NCBI GenBank assembly: GCA_902796915.1 | Contig: CADBQS010000064.1 | Location: 12,591-76,590, forward strand | Direction: 5' to 3' | DNA length: 64,000 nucleotides | DNA from: an uncultured Ruminococcus sp. | GTDB lineage: Bacteria; Bacillota; Clostridia; Oscillospirales; Acutalibacteraceae | Shown here: positions 19,643 through 31,211 of the stretch, piece after piece | Layout: each line of letters opens with the position of its first letter | Numbering within the stretch: position 1 is the first letter of the stretch | Position numbers and translations under genes: made by a program | Notes under the pieces: model-generated | Databases searched by the model: none | What the model was told of the DNA's origin: nothing | The model's input: the letters and a program-made list of their open reading frames with translations, nothing else

Positions 19643-20861
19643 CATATTTTGCTTTTTTATATACTTTTTTACCTTTTTTAATTATACATCCATTTAATAA
19701 CAATTCTTTTTGTATCTTGAAGTTAATATCACTAATTTTATTATCGTCAATAGATATGCCCCCTTGCTCTATTAAACGCCTAGCTTCACCTCTGGATTTT
19801 ACTAAATCCATCTTTAAAAGAAGTGATATAATATCAATTGAATCATCCGTTAAATCATTTTCAACTATTTCAGTACATAACATATTTTCTGATGATTTTC
19901 CGGCTTCAAATATAGCCTTAGAAGCTTCTTTTGCTTTATTTGCTTCATCTTCACCGTGCACGAGTTTAGTAATTTCATAAGCTAAAACTTCTTTTGCTAA
20001 ATTAATTTCTTTTCCGCTTAATGCTTCGTATTTTTTTATTTCATCTAAAGGCAAAAATGTTAATATTTTTAAACACTTTATAACGTCTTTATCATCAACA
20101 TTTCTCCAATATTGATAAAATTCATAAGGGCTTGTTTTTTGTGGGTCTAACCATAAAGCACCCTTTTCAGTTTTGCCCATTTTTTTACCTTCACTCGTAG
20201 TTAATAATACGAATGTAAGACCGAAAGCCTCATTACCATCAATTCTACGTATTAATTCCACTCCTCCGATTATGTTACTCCATTGGTCGTTACCACCTAG
20301 TTGAAGTTGACAATCATATTTACGATTAAGAAGAAGAAAATCATAGCTTTGCATAATCATATAGTTAAGTTCGAAGAAAGATAAACCTTTTTCCAATCTT
20401 TGTTTATAACATTCAGCAGCAAGCATTTTATTAACTGAAAAGTGAACTCCAACTTCTCTCAAGAATTGGATGTAATTTAAATTACTTAGCCAATCTGCAT
20501 TATTTAACATTATAGCTTTACCATCGGAAAAGTCTATAAATTTTTCTGCCTGCTTTTTAAAGCATGATATATTATAATTTATTTCATCTACAGTCATCAT
20601 TCTACGCATATCGGTTTTACCTGACGGGTCTCCTATCATTCCTGTGCCGCCGCCGAATAATATTATTGGAATATGTCCTGCCCTTTGAAGCCTTGCCATA
20701 ATCATAATCTGTACAAAATGACCAACATGCAGGCTGTTCGCAGTAGGCTCAAAACCTATGTAAAATTTTACTTTTTTATTATTAAGTAAGTCTCTAACTT
20801 TTTCCTCATTAGTAACTTGAGCGATTAAACCTCTATCTTTAAGTTCGTCATAAATACCCAA
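19635..20861 (-). CDS. tyrS: Tyrosine--tRNA ligase
   Basis: Class I HIGH (SLHVGHF) and KMSKS (KKMGKT) motifs and a C-terminal S4 domain ([17 protein letters not shown]). A TTG start at 20861 with a GAGGTGA SD gives [12 protein letters not shown]...; the longer track ORF to 20954 is rejected. Confidence 0.95.
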   Translation of the reverse strand: MGIYDELKDRGLIAQVTNEEKVRDLLNNKKVKFYIGFEPTANSLHVGHFVQIMIMARLQRAGHIPIILFGGGTGMIGDPSGKTDMRRMMTVDEINYNISCFKKQAEKFIDFSDGKAIMLNNADWLSNLNYIQFLREVGVHFSVNKMLAAECYKQRLEKGLSFFELNYMIMQSYDFLLLNRKYDCQLQLGGNDQWSNIIGGVELIRRIDGNEAFGLTFVLLTTSEGKKMGKTEKGALWLDPQKTSPYEFYQYWRNVDDKDVIKCLKILTFLPLDEIKKYEALSGKEINLAKEVLAYEITKLVHGEDEANKAKEASKAIFEAGKSSENMLCTEIVENDLTDDSIDIISLLLKMDLVKSRGEARRLIEQGGISIDDNKISDINFKIQKELLLNGCIIKKGKKVYKKAKYEG

Positions 20862-20893
20862 AAAAATCACCTCGAAAGTAAAATAAAATTTCC

Positions 20894-20922
20894 TTGACAC
20901 GTCTATAAATTTACAGTATAAT
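20894..20922 (+). promoter_or_regulatory. Consensus sigma-A promoter candidate facing rpoB
   Basis: Perfect TTGACA, 17-nt spacer, TATAAT. It would give a leader of about 250 nt before rpoB. Confidence 0.55.
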
Positions 20923-21176
20923 ATAGCACTGCATAATAATACGTAAAAATACAAATTAACCTAATGATATCATGACTTATTAATAAAATCAAGTGGATTT
21001 TTATTTGTCTATAATTTGATTTAACAATTTTATTATTTTGTATTGTAAAGTTGTACGATTATTTAAGAGTTAGACGATACATTTAGGTTTGTAATTGTTA
21101 TTGTGGATTGTGTAAATGCAGACAGTGGAAACAGTCGGAAAAAACGGCAAATAGATGAATGGAGTGTTTTGAGCCT

Positions 21177-24100
21177 ATGGTGAACGTCAAACCAGTGCAG
21201 CTTGGTAAAACTGTCAGAATGAGTTTTTCAAAGATCGATGAAGTTCTAAAGATGCCAAATCTTATAGAAGTACAGAAAAATTCATATCAGTGGTTTTTGG
21301 ATGAGGGATTGAAGGAAGTATTTAAGGATGTTTCTGGAATTACAGATTACACAGGTAATTTAGTACTGGATTTTGTAGATTATAAATTAGATATAAACCA
21401 TCCAAACTATAGTATTGACGAATGTAAAGAGCGTGATACAACATATGCAGCAGCCTTAAGAGTTACAGCTCGCTTACTCAATAGAGAAAGCGGTGAGATA
21501 AAAGAATCTGATGTATTTATGGGTGATTTCCCACTTATGACAGATAGTGGTACGTTTATCATAAATGGAGCAGAGCGTGTTATAGTATCACAATTAGTAA
21601 GGTCACCTGGCGTATATTATAAAATGGAATATGACAAAACAGGTAAACAATTGTTTAGTTCAACAATTATACCTAATCGCGGAGCTTGGCTTGAGTATGA
21701 AAATGACGTAAATGATGTATTATATGTTAGAATAGATAAAAACAGAAAAATCCCAATTACAGCTTTTATTAGAGCTTTAGGGCTTAGTACAGATACAGAA
21801 ATAGTAGAATACTTTGGCGATGATGATAGAATTCTTGCAACAATACAGAAAGATACATGTAAAAATACAGAAGAAGCACTTTTTGAGATATATAGGAAAT
21901 TAAGACCGGGGGAACCACCAACAATAGAAAGTGCACAAGCACATATAAATAATTTACTGTTTGATGCAAGAAGATATGATTTATCTAAGGTAGGCAGATA
22001 TAAATATAATAAAAAGCTATCCATTTCAGGAAGACTTAAAGGCCAAGAACTTACAAGGCCTATCCCAAATCCTATGACAGGAGAGATAATGGCTGATGTG
22101 GGAGAGGTTATATCATTAGAAAAAGCTATTGAAATAGAAAATGCCGGAGTTTTTGTTGCATACGTAAAAGTAGAAGAGAAAGAGCTTAAGATTATATCAA
22201 ATGGTATGGTCGATATAAACAATTTCGTAAATTTTGACGCAGAAAAAGAGCTTAAAATAAACGAAAAGGTTAGATTTAGTGTATTAGCTGAAATACTTAG
22301 TTCTTGCAGTACAGATGAAGAAATTAAGCATGAGATTAAATTGAGAAAAGATGAGCTTATTCCTAAACATATAATTATAGACGATATATTTGCATCTATT
22401 AACTATATGTGTTGTCTTGCAAACGGGATTGGGCTTACAGATGACATAGACCATTTAGGCAATAGAAGAATTCGTTCGGTAGGAGAGCTTTTACAAAATC
22501 AATTTAGAGTAGGATTTTCTAGACTTGAAAGAGTAATAAGAGAAAGAATGACCCTGCAAGCTCAAGATTTAGAGGTAATAACACCTCATGCTTTAATAAA
22601 TATACGTCCAATTGTTGCGGCAATGAAAGAATTTTTCGGTTCTTCACCATTATCACAGTTCATGGATCAAACTAATCCTTTGGCAGAATTAACACACAAA
22701 AGACGTTTGTCAGCTCTTGGTCCGGGTGGACTTTCTAGGGATAGAGCAGGATTTGAAGTTCGTGACGTTCACTATAGTCATTACGGCCGTATGTGTCCTA
22801 TTGAAACTCCAGAGGGACCGAACATAGGATTAATATCTTATTTAGCTACATTTGCGAGAATTAATGAATATGGGTTTATAGAAGCTCCATTTAGAAAAGT
22901 AGATAAATCAACGGGAGTAGTAACCTCCGAAGTAGTTTACATGACAGCCGATGAAGAGGACGATTATATAGTAGCTCAGGCTAATGAACCTCTTGATAGC
23001 GAAGGGCACTTTGTTAATTCTAAGGTTAATGGTAGATATAGAGATGAATTTGTTGAAGTAGAAAGGGATAGAGCAGATTTCATGGATGTATCTCCTAAGA
23101 TGGTAGTTTCAGTTGCAACAGCAATGATACCGTTCCTTGAAAATGATGACGCAAACCGTGCATTGATGGGTTCAAACATGCAGAAGCAGGCGGTACCGCT
23201 TTTAACTACCGATGCACCTATTGTTGGTACTGGAATGGAGTATCAAGCAGGGGTTGACTCAGGGGTATGTATATTATCAAAAGAAGCAGGTGTAGTTACG
23301 TCTGTAAGTGCGAACGAGATATCAGTTTTATATGATTCAGGTAAAAAAGAGTCATTTAAACTTACCAAGTTTATGCGTTCAAACCAAAGTACGTGCGTAA
23401 ATCAAGTTCCGATAGTTAATAAGGGACAAAGAGTAGAAGCCAACGAGGTTTTAGCTGACGGTCCTGCTACGAAAAATGGAGAAATTAGTTTAGGCAAAAA
23501 TGCACTAATTGGATTTATGACTTGGGAAGGATACAATTATGAAGATGCTGTATTGATAAGTGAAAAAATAGTACGCGAAGACGTTTATACGTCAATACAC
23601 ATTGAAGAATATGAGATTGATTCAAGAGATACAAAACTTGGTCCCGAAGAAATAACAAGAGATATACCAAACGTAAATGAGGATTTACTAAAAGATTTAG
23701 ATGAAAACGGTATAATAAGAGTAGGAGCCGAAGTACACGCTGGGGATATACTTGTTGGAAAGGTAACTCCTAAAGGAGAAACTGAATTAACAGCTGAAGA
23801 AAGATTATTAAGGGCCATATTTGGAGAAAAAGCCAGAGAAGTACGTGATACATCGCTGAGAGTACCACATGGTGAATATGGAATAGTTGTTGACGTAAAG
23901 GTATTTACAAGAGAAAATAGTAAGGATGAACTTGCAGCAGGAGTAAATAAAGTAGTTAGGTGCTATATTGCACAAAAGAGAAAAATATCTGTTGGAGATA
24001 AAATGGCAGGAAGACACGGAAATAAAGGTGTTGTATCCAGAATATTACCTGTTGAAGATATGCCGTTTTTACCAGACGGAACTCCTCTTGATATTGTACT

Positions 24101-24860
24101 TAATCCATTGGGTGTACCTTCACGTATGAATATAGGGCAAGTGCTAGAAGTTCATCTTGGCTACGCTGCTAAGGCTTTAGGTTGGAAAGTAATGACTCCG
24201 GTATTTGACGGAGCTCATGAAGGTGATATATTTGAATGTTTTAAAGAAGCCGGTTATAGCGAGAATGGAAAAACTTGGTTAAAAGATGGACGTACAGGAG
24301 AATATTTTGATAATCCAGTTACAGTCGGATATATGTATTATTTGAAACTTCACCATCTTGTAGATGATAAAATACATGCACGTTCAACGGGTCCATACTC
24401 ATTAGTAACGCAGCAACCACTTGGCGGTAAAGCACAGTTCGGCGGCCAGCGTTTCGGAGAAATGGAAGTTTGGGCATTAGAGGCTTATGGTGCGGCTTAT
24501 ACTTTACAAGAGATATTAACAGTTAAATCTGACGATGTTGTAGGAAGAGTAAAAACTTATGAATCAATTGTTAAAGGGCAAAACGTTCCCAAACCTGGAA
24601 TTCCAGAATCGTTTAAGGTACTTATAAAAGAATTACAATCAATGTGTCTTGATATAATGGTTCTTGATAAATCGAACAAAGAAATAGATTTGAAACGCGA
24701 TTTCGACGAAGATGATGATATGGGATTAAATGTTTCTAATGAGATACTAGATGAACCTTCAGTAATGACAGACGAAGAGGACTTCAGTATAGATGAAAGC
24801 TTCGAAGAGGAAGATATGGAAGATGATGACGATATGGATTTAGATTTAATGGAAGAATAA
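21177..24860 (+). CDS. rpoB: DNA-directed RNA polymerase subunit beta
   Basis: [57 protein letters not shown] and [18 protein letters not shown] 21177 is preferred (GGAGTG upstream; N-terminus length matches other RpoB). The C-terminal tail is strongly acidic. Confidence 0.97.
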   Translation: MVNVKPVQLGKTVRMSFSKIDEVLKMPNLIEVQKNSYQWFLDEGLKEVFKDVSGITDYTGNLVLDFVDYKLDINHPNYSIDECKERDTTYAAALRVTARLLNRESGEIKESDVFMGDFPLMTDSGTFIINGAERVIVSQLVRSPGVYYKMEYDKTGKQLFSSTIIPNRGAWLEYENDVNDVLYVRIDKNRKIPITAFIRALGLSTDTEIVEYFGDDDRILATIQKDTCKNTEEALFEIYRKLRPGEPPTIESAQAHINNLLFDARRYDLSKVGRYKYNKKLSISGRLKGQELTRPIPNPMTGEIMADVGEVISLEKAIEIENAGVFVAYVKVEEKELKIISNGMVDINNFVNFDAEKELKINEKVRFSVLAEILSSCSTDEEIKHEIKLRKDELIPKHIIIDDIFASINYMCCLANGIGLTDDIDHLGNRRIRSVGELLQNQFRVGFSRLERVIRERMTLQAQDLEVITPHALINIRPIVAAMKEFFGSSPLSQFMDQTNPLAELTHKRRLSALGPGGLSRDRAGFEVRDVHYSHYGRMCPIETPEGPNIGLISYLATFARINEYGFIEAPFRKVDKSTGVVTSEVVYMTADEEDDYIVAQANEPLDSEGHFVNSKVNGRYRDEFVEVERDRADFMDVSPKMVVSVATAMIPFLENDDANRALMGSNMQKQAVPLLTTDAPIVGTGMEYQAGVDSGVCILSKEAGVVTSVSANEISVLYDSGKKESFKLTKFMRSNQSTCVNQVPIVNKGQRVEANEVLADGPATKNGEISLGKNALIGFMTWEGYNYEDAVLISEKIVREDVYTSIHIEEYEIDSRDTKLGPEEITRDIPNVNEDLLKDLDENGIIRVGAEVHAGDILVGKVTPKGETELTAEERLLRAIFGEKAREVRDTSLRVPHGEYGIVVDVKVFTRENSKDELAAGVNKVVRCYIAQKRKISVGDKMAGRHGNKGVVSRILPVEDMPFLPDGTPLDIVLNPLGVPSRMNIGQVLEVHLGYAAKALGWKVMTPVFDGAHEGDIFECFKEAGYSENGKTWLKDGRTGEYFDNPVTVGYMYYLKLHHLVDDKIHARSTGPYSLVTQQPLGGKAQFGGQRFGEMEVWALEAYGAAYTLQEILTVKSDDVVGRVKTYESIVKGQNVPKPGIPESFKVLIKELQSMCLDIMVLDKSNKEIDLKRDFDEDDDMGLNVSNEILDEPSVMTDEEDFSIDESFEEEDMEDDDDMDLDLMEE

Positions 24861-24878
24861 TTTTTAAGGGGTTGCAAT

Positions 24879-27800
24879 ATGGATTTTAATATTTTTGAGT
24901 CAATAAAGATAGGACTGGCCTCCCCGGAAAAAATCAGGAGTTGGTCATACGGCGAGGTAAAAAAACCGGAAACTATAAATTACCGTACGTTAAAGCCTGA
25001 AAGTGATGGACTATTTTGTGAAAGAATATTCGGGCCGCAAAAAGATTGGGAATGCCATTGTGGAAAATATAAGAGGATTAGATATAAGGGTAAAGTGTGC
25101 GATAGGTGCGGAGTAGAAGTTACGAAGTCTAAAGTACGTCGTGAGAGAATGGGGCATATAGAATTAGCAGCCCCTGTATCTCATATATGGTATTTCAAAG
25201 GTATACCTTCGAGAATGGGACTTATACTTGATATATCTCCTAGAATGTTAGAAAAAGTGCTATATTTTGCACTTTATGTTGTTACTAATCCAGGAGATGT
25301 AAGAGAGTTAACAAAGCAACAATTCCTGACAGAAAAAGAATATAGGGATATGAGGGAAAAATACGAAGATGATTTTGAGGCTGGGATGGGTGCCGAAGCC
25401 ATAAAAAAATTACTTCAAGATATAGATTTAGAAAAATTATCTGAACAATTAAAAGAAGAATTGGCATCAGCTTCTGGACAAAAGAAAGTAAGACTATTAA
25501 AAAGATTAGAGGCTGTGGAATCGTTTAGATTATCAGGCAATCGTCCAGAATGGATGATATTAGATGTTTTACCAGTAATTCCACCGGATATTAGACCTAT
25601 GGTTCAATTGGATGGAGGTAGGTTTGCTACATCTGATTTAAATGATTTATATAGACGCGTAATAAATAGAAATAATAGATTGAAAAGATTAATGGACCTC
25701 GGGGCCCCAGATATAATTGTTCGTAATGAAAAGAGAATGTTACAAGAATCCGTTGATGCTTTGATTGATAACGGTAGACGTGGACGTCCTGTAACTGGAC
25801 CTAACAATCGTTCATTAAAGTCGTTATCAGATATGCTTAAGGGAAAGCAGGGAAGATTTAGACAAAATCTTTTAGGAAAGCGTGTAGACTACTCAGGAAG
25901 ATCAGTAATTGTTGTTGGTCCTGAATTAAAGATATATCAATGCGGATTACCAAAGGAAATGGCACTTGAATTATTTAAACCTTTTGTTATGAAAAGATTG
26001 GTTGAGGTAGGTGCTGTAAGTAATATAAAAGCAGCTAGAAAGGCTGTTGAAAGAACAAAACCAGAAGTTTGGGATGCACTGGAAATAGTAATTAAGGGTC
26101 ACCCGGTGTTACTAAACCGTGCACCTACACTTCACAGATTAGGTATACAAGCGTTTGAACCAGTGCTAGTAGAGGGTAGAGCACTTAAATTGCATCCATT
26201 AGTATGTTCGGCTTACAACGCGGACTTTGACGGTGACCAAATGGCTGTACACGTACCTTTATCAGCAGAAGCACAAGCAGAAGCAAGATTTTTGATGCTC
26301 GCAGCAGGAAATTTGTTGAAGCCGTCTGACGGTAAACCTGTGGCCGTGCCAACCCAAGATATGGTTTTAGGCTCTTACTATTTAACGATGGAAAAAGATG
26401 GAGAATTAGGAGAGGGCAAAACTTTCAGAAGTTTTGATGAAGTACTTTCAGCTTATGATGCTAAAGCAATAAGCTTACATGCTAAGATAAGAGTTAGAAG
26501 AGAACTTCTAATAAATGGTAAAATTCAATCTAAAATCATAAATACTACGGCTGGAAAAATTATATTTAATCAAGCTATACCACAGGATTTGGGTTTTGTA
26601 GATCGTAATAATAATGAAAATGCATTTGATTTAGAAATAGATTTTCTTGTTGGTAAAAAACAGCTTGGTACTATAGTTGACAGATGCATTAAAAAGCATG
26701 GCACGCAAAAGACATCTAAAGTACTTGACGATGTTAAGGCACAAGGATTTAAGTATTCTACAAGGGGTGCGATAACCGTCGCAGTTGTTGATGCAGTTAT
26801 TCCTCCGGCGAAAAAAGAAATTATTGCACAAGCAGAAAGTAAGATTGATGTTATAGTAAAACAATTCAGAAGAGGTCTTATATCCGAGCAAGAGAGAAAA
26901 GCTCATATATTGAAAATATGGGAAAAGGCTACAAATGATGTTGCTACGGCTCTTCAGAAAAATTTAGACAAATATAATCCAGTATTTATGATGGCAGATT
27001 CAGGAGCTCGTGGTTCAATGAGCCAAATAAGACAGCTTGCAGGTATGCGTGGACTTATAGCAAACACATCAGGTGCTACAATAGAAATACCAATCAGAGC
27101 AAACTACCGTGAAGGACTTAACATATTAGAGTATTTTATATCTTCACGTGGTGCTAGAAAGGGACTTGCAGATACAGCTTTACGTACGGCGGACTCTGGA
27201 TACTTGACAAGAAGGCTTGTTGATGTTTCACAAGATGTAATAATTCGTGAAGATGATTGTGGTGCGGAAACAGGAATAACTGTATTTGATATCAAGGAAG
27301 GCAAAGAAGTTATTGAAGGATTACACGAAAGGCTTGTTGGAAGATATTTGTGCCATGATTTCGTGGATAAAAATACAGGAAATATACTTGTTTCAAAGGA
27401 TAAAATGATGGATGATAACGATGCAGATATTATAATTTCATCAGGTGTTTCAAAGATAGAAATAAGGTCTATACTTAATTGTCAAGCAAAGCAAGGTGTA
27501 TGTAAAAAATGTTATGGTGCAAACCTTGCAAACGGAATGCCGGTAGCAGTAGGAGAGGCAGTTGGAATAATAGCAGCACAGTCAATCGGTGAACCCGGAA
27601 CGCAGTTAACAATGAGAACTTTCCACACAGGAGGCGTAGCTAGTGCGGAAGATATTACTCAAGGTTTGCCACGTGTAGAAGAACTTTTCGAAGGACGTAA
27701 ACCCAAAAGATTAGCTATTATTAGTGAAATTGCGGGAATAGTAAAATTTGAAGAAATTAAGAAAAACAGGCACGTATCTGTATATAACGAAGAGACTGGA

Positions 27801-28490
27801 GAGGAAAAATCTTACTTAATACCATTTGGCTCAAGAGTTTGTGTTGAAGAAGGACAAACGATTGAAGCTGGAGATATGATAACAGAAGGTTCAGTGAATC
27901 CACATGATGTTTTAGCAATAAAAGGTTCTCAAGCAGTAGAGGCTTATTTAATCCAAGAAGTACAAAAGGTTTATAGAATGCAAGGCGTTGATATAAACGA
28001 TAAGCATATAGAAGTTATAGTAAGACAGATGATGAGGAAAATTAGGATAGAAGATGCCGGTGATACAGAGCTTTTACCTAATTCAGTAGTTGATAAAACG
28101 GAATTAGCCTTAGAAAATAAGAAAATTAGAGATAGAATCGAAGCAGGAGAAAAAGATTTAAAAGAGGCTACGTTTATACCGATATTATTAGGTATAACAA
28201 AGGCTTCGTTGGCTACAGATTCGTTCTTATCAGCGGCATCATTCCAAGAGACTACTAGAGTTTTGACTGAAGCAGCAATAAAAGGTAAGGTTGATCCATT
28301 AATTGGATTAAAAGAAAATGTTATTATAGGAAAGCTTCTACCAGCTGGTACAGGTATACACAGGTATAGTGATGTGGAAATTAATAAAGTTCCAGAAAAA
28401 GTTAATAATATTGATAATGTACTTTGCAAAGGTAAAGAAAATTCAATTATATACAATGATGATGCAAGTAGAAAAATATTATTTTCATAA
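24879..28490 (+). CDS. rpoC: DNA-directed RNA polymerase subunit beta'
   Basis: Zinc motif [23 protein letters not shown] and the catalytic [14 protein letters not shown]; 1203 aa. Confidence 0.97.
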   Translation: MDFNIFESIKIGLASPEKIRSWSYGEVKKPETINYRTLKPESDGLFCERIFGPQKDWECHCGKYKRIRYKGKVCDRCGVEVTKSKVRRERMGHIELAAPVSHIWYFKGIPSRMGLILDISPRMLEKVLYFALYVVTNPGDVRELTKQQFLTEKEYRDMREKYEDDFEAGMGAEAIKKLLQDIDLEKLSEQLKEELASASGQKKVRLLKRLEAVESFRLSGNRPEWMILDVLPVIPPDIRPMVQLDGGRFATSDLNDLYRRVINRNNRLKRLMDLGAPDIIVRNEKRMLQESVDALIDNGRRGRPVTGPNNRSLKSLSDMLKGKQGRFRQNLLGKRVDYSGRSVIVVGPELKIYQCGLPKEMALELFKPFVMKRLVEVGAVSNIKAARKAVERTKPEVWDALEIVIKGHPVLLNRAPTLHRLGIQAFEPVLVEGRALKLHPLVCSAYNADFDGDQMAVHVPLSAEAQAEARFLMLAAGNLLKPSDGKPVAVPTQDMVLGSYYLTMEKDGELGEGKTFRSFDEVLSAYDAKAISLHAKIRVRRELLINGKIQSKIINTTAGKIIFNQAIPQDLGFVDRNNNENAFDLEIDFLVGKKQLGTIVDRCIKKHGTQKTSKVLDDVKAQGFKYSTRGAITVAVVDAVIPPAKKEIIAQAESKIDVIVKQFRRGLISEQERKAHILKIWEKATNDVATALQKNLDKYNPVFMMADSGARGSMSQIRQLAGMRGLIANTSGATIEIPIRANYREGLNILEYFISSRGARKGLADTALRTADSGYLTRRLVDVSQDVIIREDDCGAETGITVFDIKEGKEVIEGLHERLVGRYLCHDFVDKNTGNILVSKDKMMDDNDADIIISSGVSKIEIRSILNCQAKQGVCKKCYGANLANGMPVAVGEAVGIIAAQSIGEPGTQLTMRTFHTGGVASAEDITQGLPRVEELFEGRKPKRLAIISEIAGIVKFEEIKKNRHVSVYNEETGEEKSYLIPFGSRVCVEEGQTIEAGDMITEGSVNPHDVLAIKGSQAVEAYLIQEVQKVYRMQGVDINDKHIEVIVRQMMRKIRIEDAGDTELLPNSVVDKTELALENKKIRDRIEAGEKDLKEATFIPILLGITKASLATDSFLSAASFQETTRVLTEAAIKGKVDPLIGLKENVIIGKLLPAGTGIHRYSDVEINKVPEKVNNIDNVLCKGKENSIIYNDDASRKILFS

Positions 28491-28504
28491 ATAAATTAAT
28501 GAAA

Positions 28505-28536
28505 TGCTACCATGAAATCATGGTAGCAGCATTTTT
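28505..28536. terminator. Bidirectional terminator between rpoC and the minus-strand Nif11-leader gene
   Basis: Stem TGCTACCATGA / TCATGGTAGCA followed by GCATTTTTA. Confidence 0.7.
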
Positions 28537-28550
28537 ATTGATATATAATA

Positions 28551-29684
28551 TTAAGGTCTTTTTGCTTCATCAAAAATTTGTTTGTCAATTCTATCTTGTT
28601 CAAGTCTAGCATTACGGTTACGAATCAGTTCTTGTCTTTTTGCTTCCAATTCACGATGTACAACTGGAGAAATTATATTTGCAAAAGCGCTAACTTTATT
28701 TTCGTTATTTGGTCTAAATACACCATCGAATTCCCTGGAAAAAATAGTGGGATCATGAAATAAACTGGAGCAACTTAGCCCAAGTAAGTCATTAATAGCA
28801 CTTATTATATCGTTAATAAAATTCTGATTATATTGTTGAGGTTCCAATCTCATTGAGAAATATTTTTTTGTTAAATTTTTTAATATACTTGTTTTAAATT
28901 GTTTTGTAATATTAGCTTTATTGTTGAAATATTCGATAAAACTTAATTGTTCCATTGGGTCAGGGATATAATTACCAAGTAAAGCTAGATGTCTTCTCTC
29001 ATTCGCCTTTTCCATGCCAATAATACTATAAAATTGTTGTTTAGCAGTTTCAAAACGTTTATGCAGTTGTTGTTGTCTTTCCCTTTCAAGTCTTTCTCGC
29101 TCTTGTTGTTGCTGTGAATCTTCTGGAATTTCTTTTTTATTTTTAAATGTTTGATGTGCTGAATATCCTAAAATAGAAACAGCGGCGGCACCGGCACTGA
29201 TATTTGATGCAAGTTTATGATTTTTATAAACTGTTTTAGCAGAATCTAATATGGATTTAGTAGTTTTTTTAATTTTTTGAGTTAAGCTCATTTCATTTTT
29301 AGTGGTTTCATCAGATTTAATTGACTCACTAATATTTGTTGTATTTAATTCACTTGTTTTGCGGGGATTGGCGGCACTTATAGGTGTTGCGGAAAGAGCA
29401 ATGAGTGATGCCGTTACGGCTGATGTTGCTTTAAATTTATCAGTAATTTTACCTCCTGATATTTGATTAAGTTGTTCTTTGCTAAGAGGACTTTCGGAAT
29501 AAAATTTGTCTGCAAATTCTATCATTTCAATTACATAATCATAAAATTCTTCAAAGCTGTAGCCATCTACAATTGAAATGCAAAAGGAATATAGCTCTTT
29601 CCAACTTTTTTGTTCTATAAACTTACTTGCAAATTTTTTATCGCTTAATAATTTTTCGAATAGTAGATTTAATTTGTTATTCAT
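28551..29684 (-). CDS. Membrane protein with N-terminal Nif11-like leader domain ending in a double-glycine motif
   Basis: MNNKLNLLFEKLLSDKKFASKFIEQKSWKELYSF...SPLSKEQLNQISGG is followed by two hydrophobic segments, a QQQQERERLERERQQQ stretch and an unassigned C-terminal domain of about 180 aa. The start is ATG 29684 or GTG 29693. Confidence 0.75.
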   Translation of the reverse strand: MNNKLNLLFEKLLSDKKFASKFIEQKSWKELYSFCISIVDGYSFEEFYDYVIEMIEFADKFYSESPLSKEQLNQISGGKITDKFKATSAVTASLIALSATPISAANPRKTSELNTTNISESIKSDETTKNEMSLTQKIKKTTKSILDSAKTVYKNHKLASNISAGAAAVSILGYSAHQTFKNKKEIPEDSQQQQERERLERERQQQLHKRFETAKQQFYSIIGMEKANERRHLALLGNYIPDPMEQLSFIEYFNNKANITKQFKTSILKNLTKKYFSMRLEPQQYNQNFINDIISAINDLLGLSCSSLFHDPTIFSREFDGVFRPNNENKVSAFANIISPVVHRELEAKRQELIRNRNARLEQDRIDKQIFDEAKRP

Positions 29685-29778
29685 AAATATCACATCTATA
29701 AAATTTATACAAATTATTATATAATTATCATTTAAAAATGTTAATGCATTTCTAGAAAAATATTTATAAATTGAATTA

Positions 29779-29808
29779 TTGACAAATATAGGTTTACTAT
29801 GATAAAAT
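29779..29808 (+). promoter_or_regulatory. Promoter candidate for rpsL-rpsG-fusA-tuf
   Basis: TTGACA, 18-nt spacer, TAAAAT with a TG extended -10 (TGATAAAAT). Confidence 0.5.
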
Positions 29809-29919
29809 ATAAAATTGTTGTTGTATTAATTTAATGAAAAAAAATAATCAATAAATTATTTTAATTATTTATTTTATTAATTGATATTATGCAACAAACA
29901 ATTGTTTAGGAGGTGTAAT

Positions 29920-30348
29920 ATGCCAACCTTTAATCAGTTAGTCCGTAAAGGAAGAGAAGTATCAGAGAAAAAGGCTAAGGCTCCAGCTCTTTTAAGAGGA
30001 TGGAATTCTAAAAAGAGAGTAGCTATTAACCAAAATTCACCACAAAAACGTGGAGTTTGTACAGCCGTAAAAACTGCTACACCAAAGAAACCTAACTCAG
30101 CATTGAGAAAAATTGCAAGAGTACGTCTTTCAAATGGTATAGAAGTAAGTTCTTATATTCCTGGAATCGGACATAATTTGCAAGAGCACAGTGTGGTTTT
30201 AATACGTGGTGGACGTGTAAAGGATCTTCCTGGTGTACGTTACCATATTATCAGAGGGACATTAGATGCTCAGGGTGTTGCTAAGCGTATGCAGGCTCGT
30301 TCTAAGTACGGAGCAAAAAGGCCTAAAGCAGGTGCAGCGAAAAAGTAG
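29920..30348 (+). CDS. rpsL: 30S ribosomal protein S12
   Basis: [13 protein letters not shown]... and [10 protein letters not shown], with an AGGAGGTG SD. The upstream extension in the ORF track is rejected. Confidence 0.97.
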   Translation: MPTFNQLVRKGREVSEKKAKAPALLRGWNSKKRVAINQNSPQKRGVCTAVKTATPKKPNSALRKIARVRLSNGIEVSSYIPGIGHNLQEHSVVLIRGGRVKDLPGVRYHIIRGTLDAQGVAKRMQARSKYGAKRPKAGAAKK

Positions 30349-30495
30349 GACTCTGACAAAACCATGTGTTATTGCATGAAAAGAATGTAAGTTAATGCAG
30401 AAGCATTTTATATATATTATGCCTCTGTATGGACAACGAAAGTTTTGTCGCTTTCGAGTACCGAAGATAGCATTATTGTGAAGGAGGGAAGACAA

Positions 30496-30966
30496 GTGCC
30501 AAGAAGAGGTTCAGTAGCGAAACGTGATGTTTTACCGGATCCATTATATAATTCAAAGCTTGTTACACGTCTTATAAATAATATTATGTATGATGGCAAA
30601 AGAGGAATATCACAAAAAATAGTTTATGGTGCATTTGATATTGTTAAAGAAAAAACAGGAAAAGAACCATTAGAAGTATTTGAACAAGCAATGGAAAATA
30701 TAATGCCAGTGCTTGAAGTAAAGGCTCGCCGTGTTGGAGGAGCAACATATCAAGTACCAATCGAGGTTCGTGCAGATAGAAGACAAACATTGGGTCTTCG
30801 TTGGATAACAAAGTATTCTAGATTAAGGTCAGAAAAGACTATGAAAGAAAGACTTGCCCATGAAATTTTAGATGCAGTAAATAATATTGGTGGTTCTGTT
30901 AAGAAACGTGAAGATACGCATAAGATGGCAGAAGCAAACAAAGCATTTGCGCATTATAGATGGTAA
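30496..30966 (+). CDS. rpsG: 30S ribosomal protein S7
   Basis: GTG start after an AGGAGGG SD gives (M)[27 protein letters not shown]...; 156 aa. Confidence 0.96.
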   Translation: MPRRGSVAKRDVLPDPLYNSKLVTRLINNIMYDGKRGISQKIVYGAFDIVKEKTGKEPLEVFEQAMENIMPVLEVKARRVGGATYQVPIEVRADRRQTLGLRWITKYSRLRSEKTMKERLAHEILDAVNNIGGSVKKREDTHKMAEANKAFAHYRW

Positions 30967-30971
30967 TCTCA

Positions 30972-31154
30972 ATGAGCAAGGAAATAGATATAGATGTATT
31001 TTGGGATTGGTTATCGAATTTTTTAAGGATGAATCCATTAGTGACTTTAAGTGAAGTGAAAGATAAATTTTTACGGATATTTGGAAATGTTGGATTTTGT
31101 GAATTAATGAATTTGAAACAAACTAAGGACATTTTGTCCTATTATGGATTATAG
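30972..31154 (+). CDS. Small hypothetical ORF (60 aa) in the rpsG-fusA spacer
   Basis: The ATG lies 5 nt after the rpsG stop. The product MSKEIDIDVFWDWLSNFLRMNPLVTLSEVKDKFLRIFGNVGFCELMNLKQTKDILSYYGL is not low-complexity. There is no strong SD and I recognise no family. Confidence 0.35.
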   Translation: MSKEIDIDVFWDWLSNFLRMNPLVTLSEVKDKFLRIFGNVGFCELMNLKQTKDILSYYGL

Positions 31155-31211
31155 TTTGGTAAAAATTATTGTCTGTAATTTAATTGAAAAATAAAAGAAA
31201 AGGAGGATATT

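Noticed and set aside
20862-20954. 5' extensions of ORF-track calls: tyrS to 20954, ATPase to 46904, rpsL from 29881, rpsG from 30445, ylmC from 46581, trmK from 62340, secG to 60856.
   Set aside because: In each case an internal start with a proper SD gives the N-terminus expected for the family. The extensions are hydrophobic or low-complexity read-through of promoter or terminator DNA.
24680-24860. About 55-aa strongly acidic C-terminal tail on RpoB ([10 protein letters not shown]...[18 protein letters not shown]).
   Set aside because: It is real in the sequence. As far as I recall, acidic C-terminal extensions occur in other clostridial RpoB proteins, so I do not regard it as novel without a comparison.
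21617-28456. Antisense ORFs inside rpoB and rpoC, for example 21617..22222 (201 aa) and 27971..28456 (161 aa). Similar ones lie inside glyA (50801..51364), tilS, alaS and others.
   Set aside because: Their translations are low-complexity and Ser/Ile/Leu/Phe-rich, as is typical of the reverse strand of AT-rich coding DNA. They have no SDs and are fully embedded in highly conserved genes.
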